Positions 34,896 through 44,325 of a DNA stretch of 64,000 nucleotides are shown in pieces (position 1 is the first letter of the stretch; every line of letters starts with the position of its first letter). The notes under the pieces are model-generated. The model did not search any database and had not been told where the DNA came from. It saw only the letters and a program-made list of their open reading frames with translations. The DNA comes from a bacterium (GTDB lineage: Bacteria > Patescibacteriota > Minisyncoccia > Minisyncoccales > UBA10102). The stretch is from the NCBI GenBank assembly GCA_030647485.1, contig JAUSJT010000003.1:9092-73091 (forward strand). Reading direction: 5' to 3'. Made by a program: the position numbers and the translations under genes.

Positions 34896-36419
34896 TTAGA
34901 CCTCTTGTGCTTGCGGACCGAGTTCTTGATCTTGGGGAGACGTCTGGCCCTTCCTTAATGCGTTAGAGAGGTTGGTTATCAACTCTCCGATTTCTGGCTG
35001 TATCGCAAAAGAAGAGGTTGCAATTGACCGTGGAAAGATAAGTTTGAAAAGTCTTGGCACGTTCTGGATTATTCTTCCTCCGATTCGTGGAACGGAATCG
35101 ATGATAAGAAACTCAGAATCATCTTGAAGTTCCCATAAAAATGCTCCCTGCCGCTTATAAGTTAAGGCCTTCTTTGCAGGAGAATAAGAATAGATGCCGG
35201 GAACCAGGGGCAGTTTCATTTCGTAGGCGCCCTTTGGAGTGAGGGAGATATGGGAAACAGGAAGTCGTTGTTTCAATCCTTCATTTACTTTCTCAAAATC
35301 AAAGTTTTCTTTAATCCCAAGATGGGCCATAAGGTGGAAAAACTCCATAGGAGGCACTGTATTCTGTTGAAGAATCATAAAGGAATACACCGGAAGCGCC
35401 CCTGTAAATCTTGGGTTGCATTCTAAGGGTAAGACTTCTTCCGTTTTTGCATCGTACATGAAATCAATCCCAAAAATTCCAAGGAATCCTTTTTGAGCGA
35501 GAAACTCTCCCACTTTTTCTACAATAATTTGCGCTTCTTTTTGCTTCTTTTCTTCCCAAGGGTGAAATCCCCAGTCGTGCCCCAGAAAGACTCCTGTAGG
35601 AAGCTGGCCATGGAGCGCCTCTGGCACGTCAATGAGTTGGAGTTGTAGGGGAGACGTGAGAACACCCATATGCGTAATACAGCCGAGCATTGAAACAGAA
35701 TCCCCTTCTATAAAAGGAGACATCTGTATTTCTGTAAATCGTGTGTCGTTGGAAAGAATATTATGCATCGCTTCCCAATCCCCCTGAGTTTTTATAAAGA
35801 AAGTTCCTTGTTCTCCTGAAACATCAAAATCTGCCCGTTGCACCACCACAGGACGGTTCCAATGACTCAGGAGTTCTTCACATGTTTTTGAAAGAAATTC
35901 TTCCCGTCCTATGCGCCAATCTTCAAGATGCGGCAACCCCAGTTTTTTGATGACTTCGCGAAAGCTTCCCTTGAGGAATACTTCTTGAAAGCTCTCTGGC
36001 CTATTTCCAATCCACTCGAGATGTTGTTCCTCTAGCTTTTTTACAATGGGTGGAGTGGTTTGGTAGAACATAAGCTTGAAAGGGCTGCGCCGAGACTTTA
36101 AAAATGCCTGGAACGCATAGTTGCCAAGAAGATAATTCGTTGCGTGAATTTTAGGAGCTACTTTGGGGAATTTCTCCTCCAGACAAAAGATGGTTGCGTA
36201 TTTTCTAAGCACGTCAAGATCCGCAGTATCTTTTACAGAGTAGATTTGGTAGTTTTGCAGAAAAAGAGAAGGGATGATTCGGGTATATGGCGCAATTCCG
36301 ATGGCAATAATAGTCTTTTCCTGCATTCTTTTTAGGATTTCTTTTATTCCCGGGACCACTTTTTGCCAGGATTGTATAAAATTTGGTCTCATTTGGTTTA
36401 GTATAGGATAAAAATACAA
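34896..36419 (-). CDS. ATP-grasp domain ligase with ~200-aa N-terminal extension
   Basis: C-terminal half carries FGIDFMYDAKTEEVLPLECNPR (ATP-grasp ExN motif). Confidence 0.7.
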   Translation of the reverse strand: MYFYPILNQMRPNFIQSWQKVVPGIKEILKRMQEKTIIAIGIAPYTRIIPSLFLQNYQIYSVKDTADLDVLRKYATIFCLEEKFPKVAPKIHATNYLLGNYAFQAFLKSRRSPFKLMFYQTTPPIVKKLEEQHLEWIGNRPESFQEVFLKGSFREVIKKLGLPHLEDWRIGREEFLSKTCEELLSHWNRPVVVQRADFDVSGEQGTFFIKTQGDWEAMHNILSNDTRFTEIQMSPFIEGDSVSMLGCITHMGVLTSPLQLQLIDVPEALHGQLPTGVFLGHDWGFHPWEEKKQKEAQIIVEKVGEFLAQKGFLGIFGIDFMYDAKTEEVLPLECNPRFTGALPVYSFMILQQNTVPPMEFFHLMAHLGIKENFDFEKVNEGLKQRLPVSHISLTPKGAYEMKLPLVPGIYSYSPAKKALTYKRQGAFLWELQDDSEFLIIDSVPRIGGRIIQNVPRLFKLIFPRSIATSSFAIQPEIGELITNLSNALRKGQTSPQDQELGPQAQEV

Positions 36420-36510
36420 AAAGCGGAAACGAAGAAGAGCTCGGGGGAGTATGGCTTTTGGTTATTATGCCAACTCCCTCCGAGCTCTTTTTGCCCTAGC
36501 TTTTCGCCGT

Positions 36511-37278
36511 TTACTCCGTGGCGACGGGCTTGCAGCTACTCACCGAGATCCTGTGTGTCTTGGGGTCTTCCGTGAACCCCACCTCCACGGCGCTCATGGG
36601 CACGAGAACCTTCATGGGTCCTGGCCCCTCAATGACCGAGAAATGCACGAAGTATCTACTCTCGTGTACCCAGATGCTACCCGTCCCGGTGATCATATTG
36701 AAGTACAGGACGGTTGGTGTCCAAATTGGACGCCAGATGGCAGGATGCACATCGCCTGGGCCTTCTCCAAGGTCTTTGATGAGGGACCAGACAAAGGTCA
36801 TGACCTGGCCCATGCCACGCCAAATGCTGGCGTAGTCGGCGCCCGGATACGCGTGTTCCGGGGCAGATGGGATGAACTGGATCTCCTCAATGGAAGACCC
36901 CACGATCCATCCTTGCCAGATCTTCTGGGCGGTCAGGAAGAACTTTCCCCCTCGCACGACCACCCCAACCTGGATGTCCAGGAAGTGGCGGGTGTTGGGG
37001 TCCAGCAGGATGATGTCGACGTTATCGACACCTTTCTGCCGGGTCATGGGACCGTTGTCGGTCCACCTAACAGGCACCGAAAGGGTGAACCCATCCTGTC
37101 CCATGGTGTGGGGTCTGGACTCGAAGATGGCGAAGGCCTCCTCTCCAGCCGTAACCACAAGCTTAATGGGATCCCCTTGCTTTGGGGCAGAAATCCTCGC
37201 CCAGCTGGCGAATCCAGCTCCTTCCTGCGGACTCTCATTGAGTCCCTCGACCGTGACAGACACTCCCATGAATTCCAT
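36511..37278 (-). CDS. Hypothetical protein, GC-rich
   Basis: 255-aa ORF with balanced composition. The overlapping plus-strand ORF 36451-37305 is Arg/His/Gly/Pro-rich and is rejected. Confidence 0.55.
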   Translation of the reverse strand: MEFMGVSVTVEGLNESPQEGAGFASWARISAPKQGDPIKLVVTAGEEAFAIFESRPHTMGQDGFTLSVPVRWTDNGPMTRQKGVDNVDIILLDPNTRHFLDIQVGVVVRGGKFFLTAQKIWQGWIVGSSIEEIQFIPSAPEHAYPGADYASIWRGMGQVMTFVWSLIKDLGEGPGDVHPAIWRPIWTPTVLYFNMITGTGSIWVHESRYFVHFSVIEGPGPMKVLVPMSAVEVGFTEDPKTHRISVSSCKPVATE

Positions 37279-37340
37279 TGTGTCCTCCTCCCGCTTTTGC
37301 GGTGAATGCTGGGAGAGCTTCTGCTCTCTCGCTGAGCAAG

Positions 37341-37369
37341 ATTATAGCATCTTACCATTCTTTTGTCAA
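37341..37369 (-). promoter_or_regulatory. Perfect consensus sigma70 promoter TTGACA-17-TATAAT on the minus strand for 36511-37278
   Basis: Reverse complement reads TTGACAaaagaatggtaagatgcTATAAT, then SD GGAGGAGG and ATG. Confidence 0.65.
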
Positions 37370-37420
37370 TACCCTCGTAATGGTTCAATATCTTGTGATC
37401 ATTCCGTGATATACTAAAAT

Positions 37421-38323
37421 ATGAGAATACTTTTAGTGCTTGTGTTTCTCTTTCTTCCTCTTTCAGTATTTGCGCAGATTGCCATCATCAATGAAATCGC
37501 CTGGCCCGTAGAGTCTGCCTATGCGGCAGACCACGGGCTAAAGATGGGAACTGTGATTATTAATGAGGTTGCATGGATGGGGAGTCCAGTTGAAGGTGTG
37601 GACGCAAAGCAGTGGTGGAGATACGAATGGCTTGAGCTTTTCAATGCAAAGGACCAACCCTTGCAGATTGATGGGTGGGCTGTGGATCTGTATAGAGGTG
37701 AGGAACTTTACTTTAAAATTCCCTTAGTAGGGATAGTCCCTGCTTTTGGGTATTTTTTGGTTGGTGCTTCAGATAAGATTCTCCCGCTTCGCGGGATCTC
37801 GCGTAGCGAGACAGGAGTTGATGTGAACTACTCAAACCTCGGAGGTAAATTTTTGAATACTGGCCAGAGGGTTGTTCTATCCAATGCTTCAGGCGTGGTT
37901 GTTGATGAAGTTGATGCAACTTCGGGTTGGCCCGCAGGAGACAACAAAACCAAGCAAACTATGGAGAGGGCCGCAGGTTCTGAGGGCGTATCTGAAGAAT
38001 GGCAGACATCGGCTAAACCAGGGGGAACTCCAAAAGCTCAGAATAGCTCAGGGGTTACTAGAGAAACTGTCAGAGAAATTACAGGTCAAACTAAACCGAG
38101 TTTAGTTAAGGATGAAGTAAAACTTAGTCTGACTAAGGATGAAACAGAAAAAGACCTCTCGCGGTCTTTTCAGTCACGTGTCCCCCTTGTGAATCCTATT
38201 ACCCTTCTTGCGGGGCTTCTGGCTCTGGGGTTTTCTGGGGTTCTGCTGTTGGTGAAGCGCTCTCTGGCGTCTCGGCAGGAGCGTCAGAAGTTGAAACATC
38301 CCGAGAGGAATCTAAGGACTTAA
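37421..38323 (+). CDS. Secreted lamin-tail-domain (LTD) protein with C-terminal TM anchor
   Basis: Signal peptide; INEIAW...EWLELFN LTD signatures in duplicate; C-terminal hydrophobic helix. Confidence 0.65.
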   Translation: MRILLVLVFLFLPLSVFAQIAIINEIAWPVESAYAADHGLKMGTVIINEVAWMGSPVEGVDAKQWWRYEWLELFNAKDQPLQIDGWAVDLYRGEELYFKIPLVGIVPAFGYFLVGASDKILPLRGISRSETGVDVNYSNLGGKFLNTGQRVVLSNASGVVVDEVDATSGWPAGDNKTKQTMERAAGSEGVSEEWQTSAKPGGTPKAQNSSGVTRETVREITGQTKPSLVKDEVKLSLTKDETEKDLSRSFQSRVPLVNPITLLAGLLALGFSGVLLLVKRSLASRQERQKLKHPERNLRT

Positions 38324-39422
38324 GCCGTAAGCTCATGCGGTGTTCTATTGCGTTTATCTCTAAAACCTGGAAAGCGTAGGTTTCTCCTTGTTTTAACACT
38401 TCTTCCATTCTTTTTCTGGTGCCAAACTCGGAGATATGGCAGAGGCCCTGGATCTTAGGTTCAATCTCTATAAATGCTCCAAAAGGATTCAGTTTGGTTA
38501 CTTTTCCCTGCACCTCGTCAAGCTTTTTCCATCTCTTTTCTATTTCTTTCCATGGGTCTTCTTTCAGAGCCTTCAAAGACAAGGAAGCTCTTCCGTTAGA
38601 AAGGTCAATTATTTTGGCCTGCACCTTGTCTCCTATTTTCACAAAGTCTCCAGGATTCTCAATTATTTGCCAGTCTATCTCTGAAATATGGATAAGACCT
38701 TCAATCTCCTCTCCTTCTTTTCCAAACTTCACAAAAGCGCCAAAGTCCACAACGCCTGTAATTTCTCCTTCTACCATGTCTCCTATTTTGTACTGCCCGA
38801 GTATTTCCTTGATTTTCTTTCGTTCCTTGGAGCGCTCGGAAAGAATAATTTTCTGGTCTGTGGGGTCCAAGTCAAAGATCTGCACCTCCAGCTCTTTGCC
38901 CATGAATTTCTGCAAAGCCAAGAGTATTTTAGTTGAATCTCCGTCTTCTATCTTGGGATAATGCTCCTGGGAAAGCTGGGAAACAGGAAGAAACGCAGGA
39001 ACGCCCAATATCTCGGCAAGTAACCCCCCTTTGTTAGCTCCAATGACTGTCACCGACAGGAGTTCTTCGTTATCTTTCTTCTCTTGGAGTTTATCCCATG
39101 TGAGTTCTTTTCCTGCTTCTTTCAGGGATAGTTCTATATATCCTTCGTCATTCTCAAGTTCAATAATTTTGCCTGCTATGCGGTCTCCTATCTTTAGGGG
39201 CTTGAGGGTTCTTTTCTCATCTAAAAATTCCCTTCCATAGATAATGCCTGTTCCTTGGGGGCCCAAATCCAAATACACGGCAGACCTTCCAGTTCCAATG
39301 ACCGTGCCCTCAACAATATCCCCCATTTTAAGGGGTTTTTGAGTATCTGTTTTTTGCGTAGTGTCTTCTAACAGGGCTACTGGCATATCTTGCACTATAT
39401 GCTTGAACGTTGTGTGTGTCAA
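38199..39422 (-). CDS. rpsA: 30S ribosomal protein S1 (four S1 domains)
   Basis: Repeated S1 OB-fold motifs (GDxVxGxV...GLxHISE). Low-complexity P/E/A-rich tail. Confidence 0.85.
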   Translation of the reverse strand: MTHTTFKHIVQDMPVALLEDTTQKTDTQKPLKMGDIVEGTVIGTGRSAVYLDLGPQGTGIIYGREFLDEKRTLKPLKIGDRIAGKIIELENDEGYIELSLKEAGKELTWDKLQEKKDNEELLSVTVIGANKGGLLAEILGVPAFLPVSQLSQEHYPKIEDGDSTKILLALQKFMGKELEVQIFDLDPTDQKIILSERSKERKKIKEILGQYKIGDMVEGEITGVVDFGAFVKFGKEGEEIEGLIHISEIDWQIIENPGDFVKIGDKVQAKIIDLSNGRASLSLKALKEDPWKEIEKRWKKLDEVQGKVTKLNPFGAFIEIEPKIQGLCHISEFGTRKRMEEVLKQGETYAFQVLEINAIEHRMSLRLKSLDSSRDVSTSDAPAETPESASPTAEPQKTPEPEAPQEG

Positions 39423-39493
39423 CCCTTCACCTTAAGTTTAAGGTGAAGGGTCAATGGACTTTCCTTCTGTTTTGAGATATAATGGATACGATC

Positions 39494-39585
39494 ACACGGT
39501 TCCTCCCGACCCCACTCTTTTAGAACCTTGCGGTTCTAATATTTCCACCACGGGAAGAACCGAAATTTTATGTAATAAAATTTTA
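39494..39585. repeat. Family A structured element, copy 3 (not flanked by tRNAs)
   Basis: cacacggttcctcccgacccc...ttagaacc-ttgc-ggttctaa...cacgggaagaaccgaaattttatgtaataaaatttt. Confidence 0.5.
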
Positions 39586-39587
39586 TT

Positions 39588-40247
39588 ATGCAAATCTCTT
39601 GGAAGGGTCAAGCTTGTTTTTATATGGTTGTTTCTCGGGGAAAAGATTCCCAGGTAAAACTGGTGATTGACCCTTATGGGGAAGCAACGGGTTTGTCATT
39701 GCCTAGTATGGAAGCAGACGTGGTTTTGATTACGCATGACCATGAAGACCACAACAACAAGAAAGGGATAAAAGGAGAACCCTTTATTATCTCCAACCCG
39801 GGAGAATACGAGGTAAAGGGAGTATTTGTACAGGGTATACCCTCGTTCCATGATGATGCGTTAGGAAAAGAACGGGGCCAAAATACCATATATACCCTTA
39901 AGGGAGAGGGGATCAGGGTATGCCACCTTGGGGATTTCGGCCAAAAAGAGCTCACGCCCTTGCAGTTAGAGAGCATTGGGGATGTTGATATTCTCTTGAT
40001 TCCCGTTGGAGGAGTGTATACCATTAATGGGAAAGAGGCGCAGAAAGTCATAAGTCAGTTAGAACCCAAAATAGTAATTCCCATGCATTATGCTTTGCCA
40101 AAGTTAAAGTACAAGTTAAATCCGGTAGAAGACTTCTTGCGCACCATGGGAGCAAAGAAGGTAGAGGCCTTGGAAAAGCTTGTGATCAAGGAAAAGGATT
40201 TGTCAGCCGAGCGGGAAGAAACAGAAATTATGGTATTACAATCCTAA
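39588..40247 (+). CDS. MBL-fold metal-dependent hydrolase
   Basis: LITHDHEDH metal-binding motif. Confidence 0.8.
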   Translation: MQISWKGQACFYMVVSRGKDSQVKLVIDPYGEATGLSLPSMEADVVLITHDHEDHNNKKGIKGEPFIISNPGEYEVKGVFVQGIPSFHDDALGKERGQNTIYTLKGEGIRVCHLGDFGQKELTPLQLESIGDVDILLIPVGGVYTINGKEAQKVISQLEPKIVIPMHYALPKLKYKLNPVEDFLRTMGAKKVEALEKLVIKEKDLSAEREETEIMVLQS

Positions 40248-40378
40248 CGTGTGGATTCATAAACTTCAGCAACTGCCAGAAAAAAAGCGCAAGATTATCT
40301 TGTGGGGTATTCTCGTAGTGATTGCCCTTGTGATGATTGTGTGGTGGATAGATAACATCAGAGAAACATTTATTCGTT

Positions 40379-42886
40379 ATGGCGGACAGTAAAAAGGAAC
40401 AAGCGCTATCTCCCATAGGAAAGATAGAGGGCAGAGAAATCGTGGAGGAAATGAAGGCTTCCTACATTGACTACGCCATGTCTGTTATTGTTGCGCGGGC
40501 TCTCCCTGACGTGAGAGACGGTCTAAAGCCTGTACATCGGAGGATACTCTTTGTCATGCACGAAGAGGGGCTTACTCACGGAGCGAAATTCAGAAAATCA
40601 GCAACAGTCGTTGGAAATACATTAGGACGCTATCATCCGCACGGCGACATTTCTGTGTATGACGCTTTAGTGCGCATGGCGCAGGACTTTTCCATGCGCT
40701 ACCCCTTAATTGACGGTCAAGGAAATTTTGGAAGCGTTGACGGAGATCCTGCTGCGAGTATGCGCTACTCTGAAGCTCGCATGTCCCACATAGGAGAAAT
40801 AATGTTACAGGATATTGAGAGAGAAACAGTAGATCTCGTAGACAACTACGACGGCACAAGAAAAGAGCCTAGTGTGCTTCCTTCTCCCGTTCCCCAGCTC
40901 TTGCTAAATGGAACCCTGGGTATTGCGGTTGGCATGATGACCAACATTCCTCCCCATAACATGGGAGAGGTGCTTGACGCCCTTTTGTATATTATAGAAA
41001 ACCCGAGAGCAACCGTAGAAGACCTTTTTCAGTTTATCAAGGGGCCCGACTTTCCTACAGGAGGCATCATTTACAACAAGCAAGACATTATTGCCGCGTA
41101 TTCTCAAGGCAAGGGTCCTATTGTTATGCGCGGGAAGGCAGACGTTGTAGAAACCGAAAAGCACAACCAGATTATAATCACCGAGATTCCATACGAGGTG
41201 AACAAGTCCACGCTCGTGGAACAGTTTGCAAATCTTGTGCAAGAAAAGAAAATAGACGGTATTCGAGATATCAGAGACGAGTCTGACAAAGACGGATTGC
41301 GTATTGTCTTTGATTTGCAGAGAGACGCCCAGCCCCAGAAGATTCTCAATAGATTGTATAAGTTTTCAGATCTGCAAAAGACCTTCCATTTGAACATGCT
41401 TGCCCTGGTGGACGGCATACAGCCCAAGGTCTTGGCGTTAACCGAAGTACTCCTGTATTTTATAGAGCACAGGAGAAAGGTGGTGGGACGGAGAACGGCA
41501 TATGACTTAAAGAAGGCAAAGGAACGGGAGCACATCTTAGAAGGTCTGTACAAGTGCTTAGCCAAGATTGACGAAGTTATCAAAATAATCAGAGCTTCCC
41601 AGGACCGGGAAGATGCTCTGCGCAATTTGATAAAGCGTTTCAAGCTTACCGAGATTCAGACGAACGCCATATTGGATATGAGGTTGGCGCAGTTGGCAAA
41701 GCTTGAGCGAAAGAAGATAGAAGACGAGTTAAAAGAAATACAGGCAAAGATAAAAGAGCTCTCTGCTATTCTATCTTCTCCAAAGAGAATTGATGGGGTT
41801 ATTAAGAAAGAGTTTGCAGAAACCCGACAGTCATTTGGAGACGAAAGAAAAACCAAGGTTCAAATGCAGGGCATTGGAGAAATCGCGGAAGAAGACCTTG
41901 TCCCCCAAGAAGAGACTATTCTTACGCTTACGCAAGGTGGGTATATTAAGCGCATTAACCCTGCAACGTACAAGCTGCAAAAGCGCGGAGGCAAGGGCAT
42001 AATGGGAATGAAGACGGTTTCAGACGATATTGTGGAGCACTTCCTCTCTTGCAATACTCACGACTCTTTAATGGTGTTCACCGATTCTGGCAAGGTGTTT
42101 CAAACGCCAGTGTATGAAATCCCAGAGGGCACAAGAGTGGCAAAGGGCAGGGGGCTGTTGAACTTTATTGAGTTAAGCAGCCAAGACAAGGTTCTCTCTT
42201 TGTTTGCCTTTGGGAAGTCCGCCAAAGGCGGATCCGCCTTGGGCGGAAAAGACGCGGTACAATACCTAGTCATGATTACAAAAGACGGAATTATCAAGAA
42301 GACTCCCCTAGAGGATTTCAAGAACGCGAGAAAATCAGGACTCATTGCAATGTCTCTCAAAAAAGGAGATGTCTTGCGTTCTGTTCAAAAGAGCACTGGA
42401 GAAGATGAGTTAATAATCACCACAAGAAAGGGGCAGTCCATACATTTTAAGGAGAAAGACGTGAGGTCTATGGGAAGGCCTGCTGCCGGTACTCATGCCA
42501 TGCGTTTAAAGAAGGGAGACGAGGTGGTAGGCATGGACGTGGTGCAAGCTACAAGCTACAAGCTACAAGCTACAAAGTCAGCGTCCTTGTACCTTTTTAT
42601 TCTCATGGAGAATGGGTATGGCAAGAGAACGGACGTGAAGGAATATCGTCTTCAAACCAGGGGAGGGTCTGGGATTAAGACCGCCAACGTCACCCCAAAG
42701 ACTGGAAACCTTGTCTATGCCAAGGTGCTTGGAGGGGTTGAAGAGGATCTTATCGTAATCTCAAGAAAGGGCCAGGTTATACGCACTCCTGTGGACTCCA
42801 TACCCAAGATAAGCCGTTCAACGCAAGGAGTTCGTATCATGCGGCTTGACGAGGGCGATAAAGTTGTTTCTGCCGCATGCCTGTGA
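40379..42886 (+). CDS. gyrA: DNA gyrase subunit A
   Basis: [23 protein letters not shown] active-site region; GyrA box; C-terminal beta-pinwheel repeats. Confidence 0.9.
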   Translation: MADSKKEQALSPIGKIEGREIVEEMKASYIDYAMSVIVARALPDVRDGLKPVHRRILFVMHEEGLTHGAKFRKSATVVGNTLGRYHPHGDISVYDALVRMAQDFSMRYPLIDGQGNFGSVDGDPAASMRYSEARMSHIGEIMLQDIERETVDLVDNYDGTRKEPSVLPSPVPQLLLNGTLGIAVGMMTNIPPHNMGEVLDALLYIIENPRATVEDLFQFIKGPDFPTGGIIYNKQDIIAAYSQGKGPIVMRGKADVVETEKHNQIIITEIPYEVNKSTLVEQFANLVQEKKIDGIRDIRDESDKDGLRIVFDLQRDAQPQKILNRLYKFSDLQKTFHLNMLALVDGIQPKVLALTEVLLYFIEHRRKVVGRRTAYDLKKAKEREHILEGLYKCLAKIDEVIKIIRASQDREDALRNLIKRFKLTEIQTNAILDMRLAQLAKLERKKIEDELKEIQAKIKELSAILSSPKRIDGVIKKEFAETRQSFGDERKTKVQMQGIGEIAEEDLVPQEETILTLTQGGYIKRINPATYKLQKRGGKGIMGMKTVSDDIVEHFLSCNTHDSLMVFTDSGKVFQTPVYEIPEGTRVAKGRGLLNFIELSSQDKVLSLFAFGKSAKGGSALGGKDAVQYLVMITKDGIIKKTPLEDFKNARKSGLIAMSLKKGDVLRSVQKSTGEDELIITTRKGQSIHFKEKDVRSMGRPAAGTHAMRLKKGDEVVGMDVVQATSYKLQATKSASLYLFILMENGYGKRTDVKEYRLQTRGGSGIKTANVTPKTGNLVYAKVLGGVEEDLIVISRKGQVIRTPVDSIPKISRSTQGVRIMRLDEGDKVVSAACL
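42545..42577 (+). repeat. Heptanucleotide tandem repeat (caagcta x4 + caaag) inserted in-frame in the gyrA C-terminal domain
   Basis: Encodes [11 protein letters not shown]. The same ctacaagcta motif flanks the gene at 61071-61436. Confidence 0.7.
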
Positions 42887-42900
42887 TACGATAGGTTAAG

Positions 42901-43347
42901 ATGAAAAAGATCCTTTGCGCAGTGTTCTTAGTAGGAGGGATAGCTTTCCTCGGATTTTCGTTTTCTCCTGTGTTTGCCGAACCAAAGGAAGCAGAAGATT
43001 GCCTGGATTATTGTACTTTTCTGGGGAAGAAAGAGATGAAAGAAGGTAAAGAGGTTGAGCTTTCGAAGGCACAGCCGAAAGATAAAACCTGCATTTGCAA
43101 CCCCTTGGGGCAGGGCACAAAGTTTACCGATGTGGTAGACAGAATTCTTAATATTCTCTTCTTTATTGCCATAGCCGTGGCCCCTGTCATGATCATTGTG
43201 GCAGGGTTTAAGTTTCTTACAGGAGGAGGAAACCCAGAAACTCTCCAGGGAGCGCGCCAAATGCTTATATGGACTGCGGTGGGGTTTGGTATTATACTGT
43301 TATCAAAGGGCATTGTGATGATCTTGAGGAGTATTATAGGGTTTTAG
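42901..43347 (+). CDS. TrbC/VirB2-like pilin-family small membrane protein (paralog 1 of 3)
   Basis: Signal peptide, two TM helices, conserved FLTGGGNPE...ARQMLIWTAVG. Confidence 0.45.
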   Translation: MKKILCAVFLVGGIAFLGFSFSPVFAEPKEAEDCLDYCTFLGKKEMKEGKEVELSKAQPKDKTCICNPLGQGTKFTDVVDRILNILFFIAIAVAPVMIIVAGFKFLTGGGNPETLQGARQMLIWTAVGFGIILLSKGIVMILRSIIGF

Positions 43348-43441
43348 TGTTTTGACACCATGATTAGCTTGTGGAACAATCAAGAAAGGTCGAATCTTTC
43401 AAAGTCGCATAACTAAATCAAAATATAAAGAATAACAACAT

Positions 43442-43816
43442 ATGAAAAAGTTTTTTGCAGTATTCCTTATGGCATCGGTTTTGGCGGTTCTTGCACTTCC
43501 CGTATTGGCGGCGGTAGATACCCCAGTAGGTCCCGGTGCAGGATATAGCTTGCCTGTCACCGCACCCATAAGTAGTACCGGAGGACTTATAAAGCTCTTC
43601 GAAGTTCTCACGAACTGGGTTTTTGCTCTCTTTACCTTTCTAGCCGTTATCTTCCTAGTTCTCGCAGCGCTCCAGTTTGTCACAGCAGGCGGAGATGCAG
43701 TAAAGGTTGGAGAAGCGCGCATGAAGCTCATCTGGGCTGCTGTAGGTATTATGGTAGCCTTGGCTTCAAAAGGGTTCATTCCTATAATAGAAAGTCTCCT
43801 TGGAGTAGTAGATTAG
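43442..43816 (+). CDS. TrbC/VirB2-like pilin-family small membrane protein (paralog 2)
   Basis: AALQFVTAGGDAVKVGEARMKLIWAAVGI. Confidence 0.45.
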   Translation: MKKFFAVFLMASVLAVLALPVLAAVDTPVGPGAGYSLPVTAPISSTGGLIKLFEVLTNWVFALFTFLAVIFLVLAALQFVTAGGDAVKVGEARMKLIWAAVGIMVALASKGFIPIIESLLGVVD

Positions 43817-43835
43817 TATAGAAGAATAAAGATGT

Positions 43836-44114
43836 ATGGAAGAAGCATTACCTGAGTTGCCTCTCATTGGCGAGACTCCCGAGAAATTGATGGCGATTAT
43901 CAATACCGTCACCGACTGGATTTTTGCCGGATTTGTTGTGGCTGCAGTCATCATGGTGATTCTTGCAGCCCTTCAGTTTGTAAGAGAAGGAGGTAATCCA
44001 GAGAAGATGTCTGAAGCACGAATGAAGCTCATCTGGGCTGCAGTGGGGATAGGAATAGCATTAATGGCAGAGGGATTTGTTCCGGTGGTTCGGAACATAT
44101 TGGGCGCCGACTAA
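43836..44114 (+). CDS. TrbC/VirB2-like pilin-family small membrane protein (paralog 3)
   Basis: AALQFVREGGNPEKMSEARMKLIWAAVGI. Confidence 0.45.
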   Translation: MEEALPELPLIGETPEKLMAIINTVTDWIFAGFVVAAVIMVILAALQFVREGGNPEKMSEARMKLIWAAVGIGIALMAEGFVPVVRNILGAD

Positions 44115-44141
44115 GTCTCGCTAAAGATTTCTGCTCAAACA

Positions 44142-44180
44142 CAGCCCCGCCTATGATTCATAGGCGGGGCTGTTGTTTTT
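44142..44180 (+). terminator. Strong rho-independent terminator
   Basis: cagccccgcctatgattcataggcggggctg followed by ttgttttt. Confidence 0.8.
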
Positions 44181-44209
44181 GAGGAAATTTATTGCTAAAC
44201 TTGTCGCAT

Positions 44210-44290
44210 GTCGGAGTGGCGGAATGGCAGACGCGCTGGCCCTAGGAGCCAGTGGGGCAACCCGTGAGAGTTCGACTCTCTCCTCCGACA
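44210..44290 (+). tRNA. tRNA-Leu(TAG)
   Basis: Class II tRNA, anticodon loop CCTAGGA. Confidence 0.8.
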
Positions 44291-44325
44291 CAAATAAAAA
44301 CTGCCCCTTCTGGGGCAGTTCTGTT

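Noticed and set aside
36451-37305. 284-aa plus-strand ORF overlapping 36511-37278
   Set aside because: It is Arg/His/Gly/Pro-rich, typical of the antisense frame of a GC-rich gene. The minus-strand ORF has the promoter, the SD and a balanced composition.
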